From assembly GCA_963704115.1 (NCBI GenBank), contig CAVPGY010000002.1:310132-374131 (forward strand): a DNA stretch of 64,000 bases, given 5' to 3'. The notes beneath the pieces are model-generated. The model saw only the letters and a list, made by a program, of their open reading frames with translations. It ran no database searches and was not told the DNA's origin. Source of the DNA: an uncultured Chloroflexia bacterium. Its GTDB lineage: Bacteria; Chloroflexota; Limnocylindria; QHBO01. The position numbers and the translations under genes were made by a program. Below, in pieces: positions 50,314-60,539 of this stretch. Numbering within the stretch: the stretch's first letter is position 1; each line of letters starts with the position of its first letter.

Positions 50314-50724
50314 TCAGGCCTCGTGCTGCTCGCGCTTGTGCAGTCGCGCGATGAGCGCCCGCATGATCGGGACGGCGAGCTCGGGATGCTCGGCAAGCAG
50401 CGCCGTGAACTCCCACGCCGGGAAGAGCAGGCACTCGGTGTCCTCGTCCGCGATCACCGTCGCCGATCGCGGGTGCTCCTCGATGAGCGCGAGCTCGCCG
50501 AAGAAGTCGCCGCGGACGACCTCGCCGATGGTCTCGCCGCCGCGGACGATTCGTGCCCTGCCCGATACCACGATGTACAGCGCGGTGCCCGTCGCCCCCT
50601 CCTCGACGATGGTCGTCTCACTCGGGTACGACCGCACCCGGCCGATGCCGGCGAGACGCCGACGCACCCGACCCTCGAGGCCTGCCGTGAGCGGGACCGA
50701 TGCGAGTAGCTGCTCGAGATCCAC
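50314..50724 (-). CDS. stand-alone cyclic-nucleotide-binding domain protein
   Basis: cNMP-binding signature GDFFGELALI...PRSATV. GTG start. Confidence 0.85.
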   Translation of the reverse strand: MDLEQLLASVPLTAGLEGRVRRRLAGIGRVRSYPSETTIVEEGATGTALYIVVSGRARIVRGGETIGEVVRGDFFGELALIEEHPRSATVIADEDTECLLFPAWEFTALLAEHPELAVPIMRALIARLHKREQHEA

Positions 50725-50805
50725 CGAGCTGATCCTCCGTGCGTTCGTACCGGGTTGACTCGTGAGTGCCGGCTATCCTACCGCGCCGGGCTGGCGTTCA
50801 ACGGC

Positions 50806-53627
50806 TCATCCGCTCTGCCGCGGCCCGGCGGCATCGAGCACCTCGGCGCGGCCGAGCGCCGTCTCGTGTCGCCGAAGGTGAAGCGTGCGGACCTCGGCCG
50901 GACCGAGCTCCAGCCGCGCGGCGCCCTGCGCCACCTCGATGTCGGCACCCGGTTCGCCACGGAGCGAGGCCTCGCGCGCTTCGACGATGCCGCCACGCAG
51001 CACGGCGGAGCGGCGCTCGGCCGACAGGTTGACGATGCGCGCCTCGATCCATCCGTCCCGGCGCCGGAGCGCGCTGAGCTCGATGAGCTCGCCCTCCAGC
51101 GCGAGGGCGTCGCTGCCGGCGTCCTCGGGTGGCCACGCGGCGTCGGGCGGGGCGCTCCCATACGCGCTGATGAGCTCATGGCGATATCGCTCGGCGGCCT
51201 CGACCACGCCACCCTCGGCCCAGGCGCCGGCGTGGGGGGCGATGGCGAAGGTCGTCCGCCAGCGTCCGCGCATCTGCGCGTTCGGGATGGCGATCTCCGG
51301 GCCGGCAGGGTCCTGGCGGTAGGGGTTGTCGTTTCGGCTGATCAGACCCATGGAGCGCAGGACGGTGAACGCCAGCGCGCGTCCGTCGTCGATCAGCTCG
51401 TACTCGGACAGATGGTCGAGCAGCAGCGCCACCCCACCGGCGTCGACCCAGCCGTGGGCGGGATAGGTGGCCAGTGGCTCCTCGTGATACCCACCCTCGC
51501 CGGCCATGCCTCGCTCGACGACCGCGAACTGACCCTCGGCGTGGCTGACGTCGGCATGGCGCGGGAGCGGCACGACGAAGCGGACCCGGTGGTCGTCCGA
51601 CCGATTGTCGAAGGCAACCGCCACGCGCACGAAGGGCTCGCCGGCGCGAAGCTCGACCTCGGTTGTGACCTCGGTCGGCTCGACGGCCTCGGCGCGGCCC
51701 GACCCGTCGGGCAGCGCCGCCGCGGGCCAGGCGTATGCGCGCGACACGTGCAGCCGGCCGCGTACGGGGCCGGCAAGCATCGTCTCGACCGCGACCGCGT
51801 CGGGCGCGTCGACGATCCGGTCGGCGGGCGGCGGGCCGTAGTTGTACGAGTCGCCGACGTCGCCGCCCTCCTCGATGCGTCCCACGCCGTCCGTCCGCGT
51901 GCCGTCGGCCGCGGTGAGGCTCAGCGTGCCATCACCGGCGACCTCGACGGTGATGCGTCCGTTGCGCATCGATCGGCCGTCGACGCGCACCGGGTGCGTC
52001 AGGTCGCCCTCGCCCTGGACGGCGCGCACCGCGCTCCAGCCGAGCGCCGGGACCGGGACCGATGCGGTCAGCGTGCGACGCGGGCTGGCGACGATCCGGG
52101 CACGCCACGTCGCGTCCGGCGCCGATCGCATGGCGGCGATCACCTCGGACCGCAGCCCGTCGACGTCGAGCCAGGCCGGATCGGGGTCGCTGTCGACGAG
52201 GAAGGTGATCTCGCGACCATCGATCCGGTAGCCATTCCAGGCGTGGTCGAAGACCTCGCGCCCGTGGAAGCGGCGGAACAGCTCGTCCGCCTGGCCGCCC
52301 CGCAGCTCCTCGTCGAAGAGGACCGGCTCCTTGCGCTCGAGCTCCTGGGTCGCCACGCGGCGTCCGTCAGGCAGCTCGAACGCGACGCGCGGCCACTGCC
52401 TCCGGGACGAGCAGCTCGGCCTCGACCACTCCATCCCGCGGTGCCGGGGTCGGATTGAGGATCACCACCGAGCCGCGCGGCGCGGTACCGGCGACGGCGA
52501 CCGCTGCGCGGCGCGCCAGCGTTCCCGCGATCTGCTCCGCCTCGGCGAAGCGCACCAGCACCTGGTCGACGACCGGGTCGATGCTGCAGCCGCAGATCGA
52601 GTCGTGCGCGGAGTTCTCGATCACCCGGCCCCAGGCCAGGCGCAGGAACTCGGCCGGCCAGGCGTCGGGTGCCACGTGCAGGGCGGTGAGCGGCTCGGCG
52701 TAGCGCTCCAGGAGCGTCTCGGCGCGCCCGGCGGCCTGCTTGATGTCGATCCGTGCGCTGGCAACCCCCATGAGGACGTTGGCGCGGGCCCCGGAGCGCA
52801 TCTCGCCGCGCCAGCACGGGTCATCGGGCGTCAGCGACGGCGCCGAGCCGATGTACTGCGCCAGGGTCGCGATCCGCATGTCCGATGCGTCCTGGACCTC
52901 GTTGAGGCGGCTCACGAGCCCGGCGAGCTCCGGCACCGGGGCGGTGTGATCCGTGCCGTACATCGCCAGCACCGGGTCGTCACCGAACCAGGGACGCGCC
53001 CACTCGACGAACCGGTGCGCCGCGGCATCGAGGTGGTCCGGGACCGCGAACAGGTAGGCCGCGTTGCCGTAGCCGCTCGGCAGGTACTCGGCCCGCACCC
53101 ACGAGCCGTCCGGCGACTCCCAGCGGAAGCGCGTGACGGTCGACGGCGGCGGGGACGCCTCGCCAGACGACGGCATCGGCGAGGCCGGCGCGACGCAGGA
53201 GCTGCGGCATCTGGGCCACGTGGCCGAACATGTCGGGCAGGTAGCCGACCCGCATCGGCCCGCCGAAGTCGTCGGCACGGGCCCAGCCGCGCTCGAGGTT
53301 GCGCACCAGGGTCTCGCCGCTCACCAGGAACTCGTCCATCAGGATCTGCCAGGGGCCGATGGCGAGCCGTCCCGACTGCACATGGCCGCGGATGCGATCC
53401 GCCTGCTCGGGCCGGATCTCGAGGTAGTCGTCGATCGTCGCCAGCTGCCCGTCGAGCGTGAAGGCGAAGCCGGGCTCCGACTCGAGCATCTCGAGCACGC
53501 GGTCGACCAGGTCGACCAGCTGCATCCGGAAGGATTGGAAGGGCCGATACCACTCGCGGTCCCAGTGGGTGTGCGGGACGAGGTGGATGGTGGTCGTCGT
53601 GGGGCGGTTCCCGTTTGCGGAGGTCAT
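50806..53627 (-). pseudogene. GH38 alpha-mannosidase; two frameshifts as assembled
   Basis: The N-terminal motif is HLVPHTHWDREW. The polypeptide is spread over track ORFs 52980..53627, 52367..53278 and 50806..52434. The frames switch near 53136 (..VPAAVD/VTRFRWESPDGS) and near 52390 (..VPEAVA/RVAFELPDG). Confidence 0.85.
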
Positions 53628-53664
53628 ATGCCCCTGAGCCTACCCGTTGGGCGCAGGCCGGTGC

Positions 53665-54645
53665 CTACGACGAATGACGTAGCAGCCGCGGACTGCCCTG
53701 TGGCCTCAGGACCACCTGCGGCCGGCTGAGCGGCTCTGCGGTTGTCAGCAGGCGACATCCGGCCCGCTGAGCCTGACCGGCCGTCAGGCAGGGCTGGCAA
53801 TTGACGAATGGGCGGGCGGCAGGTCGTCCGTGACTGACGACCTCGGCGACGACCGGGTAGTGGTCGCTGAGGTCCCCGGCCTCGCGCAGGACGCGGCAGC
53901 CATGGACCGATGCGTCTCGCGCCAGGACCTGGTCGATCTTCCATCCGTCGTCGGTCGAGACCCGGGCGAAGTCTCCGGGAGGCTCGGCGAAGCCATCGGT
54001 CCAGGAGGCCAGCGGCGCCAGCTCGGGCGCGTCGATCGGCGCGTTCAGGTCGCCGACCAGGACGGCGGGGGAGGCCGCATCGAAGGCGTCGGCCACGGCC
54101 CGAGCCTGGAGCAGGCGCTCGCCGCTCCCGACATGGCTGAAGTGTGCGGTGCCGATGGTCAGGCCCCCGGTCTCCGCCATCACCAGGCATCGAGGCTCAC
54201 GGATGGTGGGGGACGCATCGGCGTAGCGCAGTCCGGCGGTCGGGTGGTCGGCTCCGGGAGGCTCGACGTAAGCGTCGGCCGCCGCGGCGGGCAGCGCGAC
54301 GACCCGCGACGCTCGGATCGGAACGCGCGACAGGATGGCGTTGCCGAAGCAGCCGGCGCCGAGAAGGACCTCGTCGCGGACCTCGAACGAGCGGGTGGCG
54401 CCGTAGCGCACCTCCATGCCGAGCTGACGCGCGAGGTCGCCGGCGTTGTCGACCAGGTCGCCGTCGCGCGAGACCAGGGCGACCTCCTGGAGCGCGACGA
54501 TATCGGCGTCCAGGCCGGACAGGAAGGCGCCGATCGCCCGGAGGCGATCGGCGTCGATGCGTCGCCACCATCGGTCCGGGAAGGGCCCGGTGCCGATGGC
54601 GGCGCGGATGTTCCAGCTGACGACGCGCAGCCGCGCCGTCGCCAC
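53665..54645 (-). CDS. endonuclease/exonuclease/phosphatase (EEP) family protein
   Basis: The GTG start shares 1 nt with the permease stop (TAGTG). Motifs: VVSWNI, ALQEV, GDLN and SDHYPV. About 55 codons lie after SDHYPVVAEVV. They have lower GC3, so the true 3' end is uncertain. Confidence 0.75.
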   Translation of the reverse strand: MATARLRVVSWNIRAAIGTGPFPDRWWRRIDADRLRAIGAFLSGLDADIVALQEVALVSRDGDLVDNAGDLARQLGMEVRYGATRSFEVRDEVLLGAGCFGNAILSRVPIRASRVVALPAAAADAYVEPPGADHPTAGLRYADASPTIREPRCLVMAETGGLTIGTAHFSHVGSGERLLQARAVADAFDAASPAVLVGDLNAPIDAPELAPLASWTDGFAEPPGDFARVSTDDGWKIDQVLARDASVHGCRVLREAGDLSDHYPVVAEVVSHGRPAARPFVNCQPCLTAGQAQRAGCRLLTTAEPLSRPQVVLRPQGSPRLLRHSS

Positions 54646-55538
54646 TACTTGACGGATCCCGCGAGCAGGCCCTGCACGAAGTAGCGCTGGAGGCTGATGA
54701 ACACGACCAACGGCACGATCATGATCAGGAAGGCGGCCGCCGCGAGGAGGCTCCACTCGGTGGCGTAGGTGCCCAGCAGCTGGGTCACCTTCACCGTCAT
54801 CGGCTGGATGGCGTTGCGCTGGGCGTACACCAGTGCCATCAGCAGGTCGTTCCAGACCCACAGGAACTGGAAGATCCCGTAGGCGGCGACCGCCGGAACC
54901 GACAGCGGCAGCACGATGGTGCGGAAGATGCTCACGTTCGACGCTCCGTCGATGCGCGCCGCCTCGATCAGGTCCTTGGGCAGCGTGATGAAGAAGTTGC
55001 GCAGGAGGAAGATCCCGAACGGGAGCGCGAAGGCCGTGTGCGCCAGCCACACGCCGACGTACGAGGTGAGCAGCGGAAGCCCGCTCTCTCGCATGGCGGC
55101 CACGAGCGGAATGAAGCCGATCTGCACCGGCACCATGAGCATCGCCACGATGATGAGGAAGGTCGTGTCACGGAACGGGAACTTGACCCATGCCAGGGCG
55201 AACGCCGCCATCGAAGCGATGATGAGCGGCAGGAACGTCGCCGGCACGGTGATGAACAGGCTGTTGAGGAACGCCTGTCCCATGCCCTCGGCCTCGAACA
55301 CGCGTTCGTAGTTCGACATCGTGAAGCGCGGCTCGAAGAGCACCGTCCACCAGCCGGTCGCACGCATGTCCGCGCTCGGTCGGAACGAGGTGATCAGGAG
55401 GCCGACCGATGGCACCAGCCAGACGAGGCCGATCAACCCCAGGATGATGTGCGTGGGACTCTGGCTGACGAACCTGGCCAGCCGCTCGCTCGCGGTGCGG
55501 GGCTTGGCCTTGGCCGTGGTGTCGGTGATGGCCGTCAT
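54645..55538 (-). CDS. carbohydrate ABC transporter permease
   Basis: The EAA loop is IEAARIDGASNVSIFRTIVLP. Confidence 0.9.
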   Translation of the reverse strand: MTAITDTTAKAKPRTASERLARFVSQSPTHIILGLIGLVWLVPSVGLLITSFRPSADMRATGWWTVLFEPRFTMSNYERVFEAEGMGQAFLNSLFITVPATFLPLIIASMAAFALAWVKFPFRDTTFLIIVAMLMVPVQIGFIPLVAAMRESGLPLLTSYVGVWLAHTAFALPFGIFLLRNFFITLPKDLIEAARIDGASNVSIFRTIVLPLSVPAVAAYGIFQFLWVWNDLLMALVYAQRNAIQPMTVKVTQLLGTYATEWSLLAAAAFLIMIVPLVVFISLQRYFVQGLLAGSVK

Positions 55539-56482
55539 TGCTGTACCGCCTCAGCTCGGAAGCGTCGGATGTTGAAGATCATGACCGGCACGAGGAGCAG
55601 GAGCATCACGACGGCGATCGTGGCGCCGTACCCGAACTGGCCCTGCGGGAAGGCCTCCTGGTACATGGAGAACGCGATCACGCGACTCGATGCTCCGGGG
55701 CCGCCGGCGGTCATCACATAGATGAGGTCGAAGAGCTTGATCACGTTGACGATCAGCGTGACCGACACCACCGCGATGGGCAGGCTGACCATCGGGACGA
55801 TGATTCGCCAGAAGATCTGCGGCTCGGTGGCTCCGTCAACGCGGGCCGCCTCGAGCACCTCGGACGAGATGCCCTTGATGGCGGCCGAGAGGATCACCGT
55901 CGCGAACCCGACCGACGCCCAGATGCCGACGGCGATGAGGGCCCAGTTGACGGTGTCGGGGTTGCCGAGAAGCGAGATCGGTCCCACGTTCGCGACGCCC
56001 AGCACCGCGTTCAGCAGGCCGGTCTCCGCGTCCGGTGAGTAGACGAAGCGCCAGATGATGGCAAGTGAGGTTGCCGCGATCGCCTGCGGCAGGAAGACGA
56101 TGCCCTTGACCCACGCCTCGTACTTCACGCGGGTCGCCATGACGGCGACGACGAGGCCGAGCAGCACGGTCAGCGAGACATAGAAGACAATCCAGAGCAC
56201 GTTGTTCCAGAGCGCTCCCGAGGGCGGGAACCCGAGTCTGAGGAAGTTCGGGTCCTGGGTGAACAGGCGGATCCAGTTGTCTCCGCCGACCCAGTTGGTG
56301 AACTCGCCGCCTCGGCCGCGGTTGAAGCTCAGCAGCAGGGTGTAGATCGTCGGGAAGACGAGAAAGGCGCTGAGCAGGAGCCCCGCGGGGCCGAGGAACA
56401 GGAGCGCCGCCCAGCTGAATCCTCCGCCCGGTGCCTTCCCAGGCTGGCTCTCGGATGTCGCTGGTGCGGTGGCTGCCGTCAT
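55535..56482 (-). CDS. carbohydrate ABC transporter permease
   Basis: The EAA loop is LEAARVDGATEPQIFWRIIVP. Confidence 0.9.
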   Translation of the reverse strand: MTAATAPATSESQPGKAPGGGFSWAALLFLGPAGLLLSAFLVFPTIYTLLLSFNRGRGGEFTNWVGGDNWIRLFTQDPNFLRLGFPPSGALWNNVLWIVFYVSLTVLLGLVVAVMATRVKYEAWVKGIVFLPQAIAATSLAIIWRFVYSPDAETGLLNAVLGVANVGPISLLGNPDTVNWALIAVGIWASVGFATVILSAAIKGISSEVLEAARVDGATEPQIFWRIIVPMVSLPIAVVSVTLIVNVIKLFDLIYVMTAGGPGASSRVIAFSMYQEAFPQGQFGYGATIAVVMLLLLVPVMIFNIRRFRAEAVQQ

Positions 56483-56515
56483 TGCCTCCTCCTTCGGTTC
56501 GGGCAGTGATGGGGT

Positions 56516-56544
56516 GAGGGGGAGGGGCGCGGCCCCTCCCCCTC
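56516..56544 (-). other. perfect 13-bp intercistronic hairpin immediately 3' of the sugar-binding protein gene
   Basis: GAGGGGGAGGGGC, a 3-nt loop, then GCCCCTCCCCCTC. It begins 13 nt after the substrate-binding-protein gene's stop codon. Confidence 0.5.
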
Positions 56545-56556
56545 GCGCCGGTGGTC

Positions 56557-57861
56557 CTACTCGGATTCCCAGGCGGTCGCGGTCTGCGTCTGGAACTCCT
56601 CCAGCAGCGCCGCCATGTCTTCGCCTCGCAGTGCCGACTGCAGCAGGGCGCCCAGGTCGGTGCCCGGCAGCAGGTCGGACCCGTCGAAGCGCACGGCCTC
56701 GGCGGTGGTGACCTGCGCGGCCTCATTCTGGATGAGCACCGTTGGATACACGTCGGTCGGCACGGCGACGATCGGCGAGATGATCGTCCCGCCCTCCGCC
56801 CAGACGGTGCCGGCCTCGGCCGTGGTCAGGTACTCCATGAACGCCGCGACGTCGGTGTCGGCGACGAGCGCCGCCATGACGTCGCCACCGTAGGTCACGA
56901 GTCCCGCCCCGTTGCCGTCGATGGTCGGGAAGGCGAACCAGTCGATGGCCGTGCCCTCCTGGCCCTTGAGGTCCTCGTTGACGTCAGCGCCCGTGGCGAT
57001 GCCACCGACGAAGCCGCCCTCGTAGTAGAGCTCGGCCGAGGGGCTCGTGCCAAAGACCTTGGCGATGCCGTCGACGAAGGCCGTCGCCAGCGCGCCGTCG
57101 ATGCCGCCGTCGATCCAGTCGGCCTGGTACAGCTCGAGCATCTTGTCGATGGTCTCCTGCACCGACGCATCGGTCCAGTCGCCATCCGGGCTGAAGAGCG
57201 TGTCGTAGGCATCGGTGCCGTGCATCTTCAGGTACATCACCTCGAAGATGTCGGTCAGTGTCCAGCTGTCGGCCGCACCGAGCGACCACGGGGTTGCCCC
57301 TGCATCGGCAATGTCGCCGCTGAGGGTGATCAGGTCGTCAAAGGTCTCCGCCGGCGCGCTGACGCCGAGATCCGCGAAGCGGTCGGGGCTGTACCAGATC
57401 GACGCCTTGGTGTTGAGCTTCACCATGATCCCGTAGAGCTCGTCGTCGACCACGCCGACGTCGAGGATGCCGGGAGCGTAGTTGCCCTCGATATCGCCCT
57501 GGGCGATGCCGAGATCCGAGAGGGCGATCAGTGAGCCGTCTCGCGCGAGGCTGCGCAGCGTCCCGATGCCGGGGATGATCGCCACGTCCGGCGGGTTGCC
57601 GCCCGTGATCCGGGTGCGCAGCACCGTGGCGTAGTCCGTTCGGTTCGCCTCGTAGACCGCCTCGATGCCGGTCTCCTCGGTGAACGCGTCGAGGACCGCC
57701 TGGAAGGCCGCCTCTTCGGCGCCTCCCCACAGCGAGGTCACGACGATCTCACCATTGCCCTCGGGCACGTCGGCATCGCCGCCGTCACCGTCGCCGTTCC
57801 CGCACGCAGCGAGCACGAGCACCGCCGTCATGAAGGGGGCTGCCAATCGAAACTTCCGCAT
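56557..57861 (-). CDS. extracellular solute-binding lipoprotein (family 1, sugar ABC)
   Basis: The start is MRKFRL, preceded by GGAGGAACAG. The lipobox is VLAACG. Confidence 0.88.
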   Translation of the reverse strand: MRKFRLAAPFMTAVLVLAACGNGDGDGGDADVPEGNGEIVVTSLWGGAEEAAFQAVLDAFTEETGIEAVYEANRTDYATVLRTRITGGNPPDVAIIPGIGTLRSLARDGSLIALSDLGIAQGDIEGNYAPGILDVGVVDDELYGIMVKLNTKASIWYSPDRFADLGVSAPAETFDDLITLSGDIADAGATPWSLGAADSWTLTDIFEVMYLKMHGTDAYDTLFSPDGDWTDASVQETIDKMLELYQADWIDGGIDGALATAFVDGIAKVFGTSPSAELYYEGGFVGGIATGADVNEDLKGQEGTAIDWFAFPTIDGNGAGLVTYGGDVMAALVADTDVAAFMEYLTTAEAGTVWAEGGTIISPIVAVPTDVYPTVLIQNEAAQVTTAEAVRFDGSDLLPGTDLGALLQSALRGEDMAALLEEFQTQTATAWESE

Positions 57862-57986
57862 CTGTTCCTCCACCTGTGCTCCCATGGCTCGCGGGACGAT
57901 CCCGCGACCGGAGATCTACTTGGCCGTGGTAGAGGAGCCGGTCGGCTCCCCCGGGCCGTTGGTCGTTCAGTTGAATACGCTCGGCG

Positions 57987-59082
57987 CTACCCCGCCAGGG
58001 CCTGCTCCGACTCGGGATCGAAGATGTGCAGCTTCTCCATGGGCACCGCGAGCTGCACCTGCTGTCCGGGCGTGACCTTCTTGTCGGACGGAAGGAGGGC
58101 CACGATCTCGTTGCCCTCGGCCTGGGCGTGGATGAGCTCCTCGTTGCCGAGGTACTCGACCACGTCCACGGTGGCGGGGAACTGGACGGTGTTGTCGGTG
58201 CTGGAGCCGTTCGCAAGCTCCAGGTGCTCGGGCCGGAAGCCGATGAGGAGATTGGCGCCCGCGCCGCGGCTCTCGGCCGCCCTGGCGGGCTCGCCGGTGA
58301 GGACGAGCTTCGCCCCGCCGAGCATGAGGTCCTTGCCCTCGGCCGTTGCGGTCGCGAAGTTCATCGACGGTGATCCGATGAAGCCGGCGACGAAGAGGTT
58401 GACCGGGTGGTCGTACAGCTCCTGCGGAGTTCCGACCTGCTGGAGGATCCCATCGCGCATGACGGCGATGCGATCGCCCATCGTCATCGCCTCGACCTGG
58501 TCGTGGGTGACGTAGATCGTCGTCGTCCCCAGGCGCTGATGCAGGCGCGCGATCTCGGCACGCGTCTGCACGCGGAGCTTCGCGTCGAGGTTCGACAGCG
58601 GCTCGTCCATGAGGAAGACCGACGGCTCGCGGACGATCGCCCGGCCCAGGGCGACGCGCTGTCGCTGGCCGCCGGACAGGGCGCGCGGCTTCCGGTCGAG
58701 GAAGCGGCCGAGGTCGAGGATCTCGGCGCCCTCCTTCACCCGGCGGTCGATCTCGCTCTTGTCCATCTTGCGCAGCTTCAGCCCGAAGGCGAGGTTGTCG
58801 TACACCGTCATGTGCGGGTAGAGCGCATAGCTCTGGAACACCATGGCGATGTCCCGGTCCTTCGGCGCGACATTGTTGACCACGCGGTCTCCGATGAGCA
58901 GCCGTCCATCACTGATGTCCTCGAGGCCTGCGACGCAGCGCAGCGCCGTGGTCTTTCCGCATCCGGAGGGACCCGACCAGGCAGATGAACTCCCCATCCC
59001 CGATCTCGAGGTTGAGGTCGTTGACCGCGACGACATCGTCGCCGTACCGCTTGTACAGGTGGTCGAAGGTGACGGTCGCCAT
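57987..59082 (-). pseudogene. sugar ABC transporter ATP-binding protein (MalK/UgpC/MsmX type); one frameshift as assembled
   Basis: The true N-terminus MATVTFDHLYKRYGDDVVAVNDLNLEIGDGEFICLVG starts at 59082. One extra nucleotide at 58971 sits just before the Walker A motif PSGCGKTT. Other motifs: LSGGQRQR and LMDEPLSNLD. Confidence 0.88.
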
Positions 59083-59184
59083 GTGGTGTCTCGCTCCTGT
59101 TCGGCAGGCTCACCTGATCGGGCCGCGTGGCCCCGGCTCGGGAAAGGCATCATAGTACGGGGCGCAACCTCCAATGGCCCCTTG

Positions 59185-59841
59185 ATGCAACGTTCCCTGC
59201 GCTCCGGCGCCGCCAAATTGCTCTCCCGCCTCGCGGTCCTCGTCGTCGTCGGCACCTTCGTGGGTCGGCTGCGCGACGAGTTCGTGCGCCAGCGTTCCGA
59301 GGCGCAGCAGCGAGCCACCGCTCGCAACGTGCTCCCATCCCTCTACCAGCGGCATCCCGAGGCGGCCCGCGCGCCGCAGCGTCGCATCGGGGTGCGCTCG
59401 GTGCCGCTCGACGCGATCGTCGGCACGATGCGGCACCCGTCACAGAACGGCACGGACTTCCTGCCCCTGCCGAAGCTCCGCGGGGAGAACTGGCGCGGGC
59501 GATGGCAGCGGATCACGCGGGCGACGTCGCGGCTCGCGATGCTGCCGCCGGTCGATCTGGTGCAGGTCGGGGAGGAGTACTACGTCGCGGACGGCCACAA
59601 CCGGGTGGCCGCCGCGCGCCGGAACGGGGCGGTGGAGATCGATGCCGACGTGACCCAGATCCTCGTCCCCGGCGTCACCCGGCCGGAGCCGGTGGCCTTC
59701 GACGCGAGCTCCCTCTATGGTGCCGGGGACGTGCGGCAGGCGGCAAGCGGCCGTCTCTCGCGAACCCTGGAGCAGCGGCCGAGCGGGGATCAGCTGTCAC
59801 GGCGCGAGCTGCTGGGCGAGCCCAACGAGGGTCGGGAGTGA
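59185..59841 (+). CDS. membrane-anchored ParB/Srx-fold (ParB-like nuclease domain) protein
   Basis: Internal start MQRSL. The N-terminal hydrophobic segment is LAVLVVVGTFV. The ParB-like core reads LPPVDLVQVGEEYYVADGHNRVAAARRNGAVEIDADV. Confidence 0.55.
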   Translation: MQRSLRSGAAKLLSRLAVLVVVGTFVGRLRDEFVRQRSEAQQRATARNVLPSLYQRHPEAARAPQRRIGVRSVPLDAIVGTMRHPSQNGTDFLPLPKLRGENWRGRWQRITRATSRLAMLPPVDLVQVGEEYYVADGHNRVAAARRNGAVEIDADVTQILVPGVTRPEPVAFDASSLYGAGDVRQAASGRLSRTLEQRPSGDQLSRRELLGEPNEGRE

Positions 59842-60539
59842 CCGATCGTCTCCGCGTGCGCTGGCCCGACCCGACGCCGTTCGTCGGCCGGCAGGGCCGC
59901 CCGATCCGCATCCTGGCCGTCTCCGACGAGCCCGATCCGGCGCTCGACTCACCCGCCACCCGCGAAGGGCTTGGCGAGGTCGACCTCATCGTCGGCGCCG
60001 GCGACCTCGACCCGAGCTACCTGGGATTCGTGACCGATGCGTTCCATGCTCCGCTGCGCTACGTGCGCGGCAACCACGACGTAGGCGCCGCCTGGACCGT
60101 CACGGAGCGGAGCCAGCTTCCCGAGCCGATGCGCGACGGCGCCGTCGTCCACGAGTCCGGCCTGCGGCTGATCGGGTTCTCCGGCTCGCCCAGGTACAAC
60201 GAGCGGAACCTGCAGGTATCGGCGGTCGGCATGTGGATCAAGGTGATCGGCGCGTGGCTTGGGGCCAGTCGGGCGCGCCCGCTCATCGTGGTGACCCACG
60301 CGCCGCCGCGGGACGTCAACGACGACCATGACCACGCGCACCGTGGATTCGCGGCCTTCCGCTGGCTCGTGGACCGCATCGACCCGCCCCTCTGGCTGCA
60401 TGGCCACACGGCGCTCGTGCGGCGGGGGATCGACGACCGGATTGCCACGCATGCCGGAACGACCTTCTACAACTGCACCGGCTCCACGCTCATCGAGCTC
60501 CTCTCGCCCGACAGCCGGGCCGAGGCGCACGTCGAATGA
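59838..60539 (+). CDS. metallophosphoesterase-family protein
   Basis: The GTG start overlaps the upstream stop (GTGA). Motifs: ILAVSDEPD, GAGDLD, VRGNHD, VVTHAPP and LHGHT. Confidence 0.7.
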   Translation: MTDRLRVRWPDPTPFVGRQGRPIRILAVSDEPDPALDSPATREGLGEVDLIVGAGDLDPSYLGFVTDAFHAPLRYVRGNHDVGAAWTVTERSQLPEPMRDGAVVHESGLRLIGFSGSPRYNERNLQVSAVGMWIKVIGAWLGASRARPLIVVTHAPPRDVNDDHDHAHRGFAAFRWLVDRIDPPLWLHGHTALVRRGIDDRIATHAGTTFYNCTGSTLIELLSPDSRAEAHVE

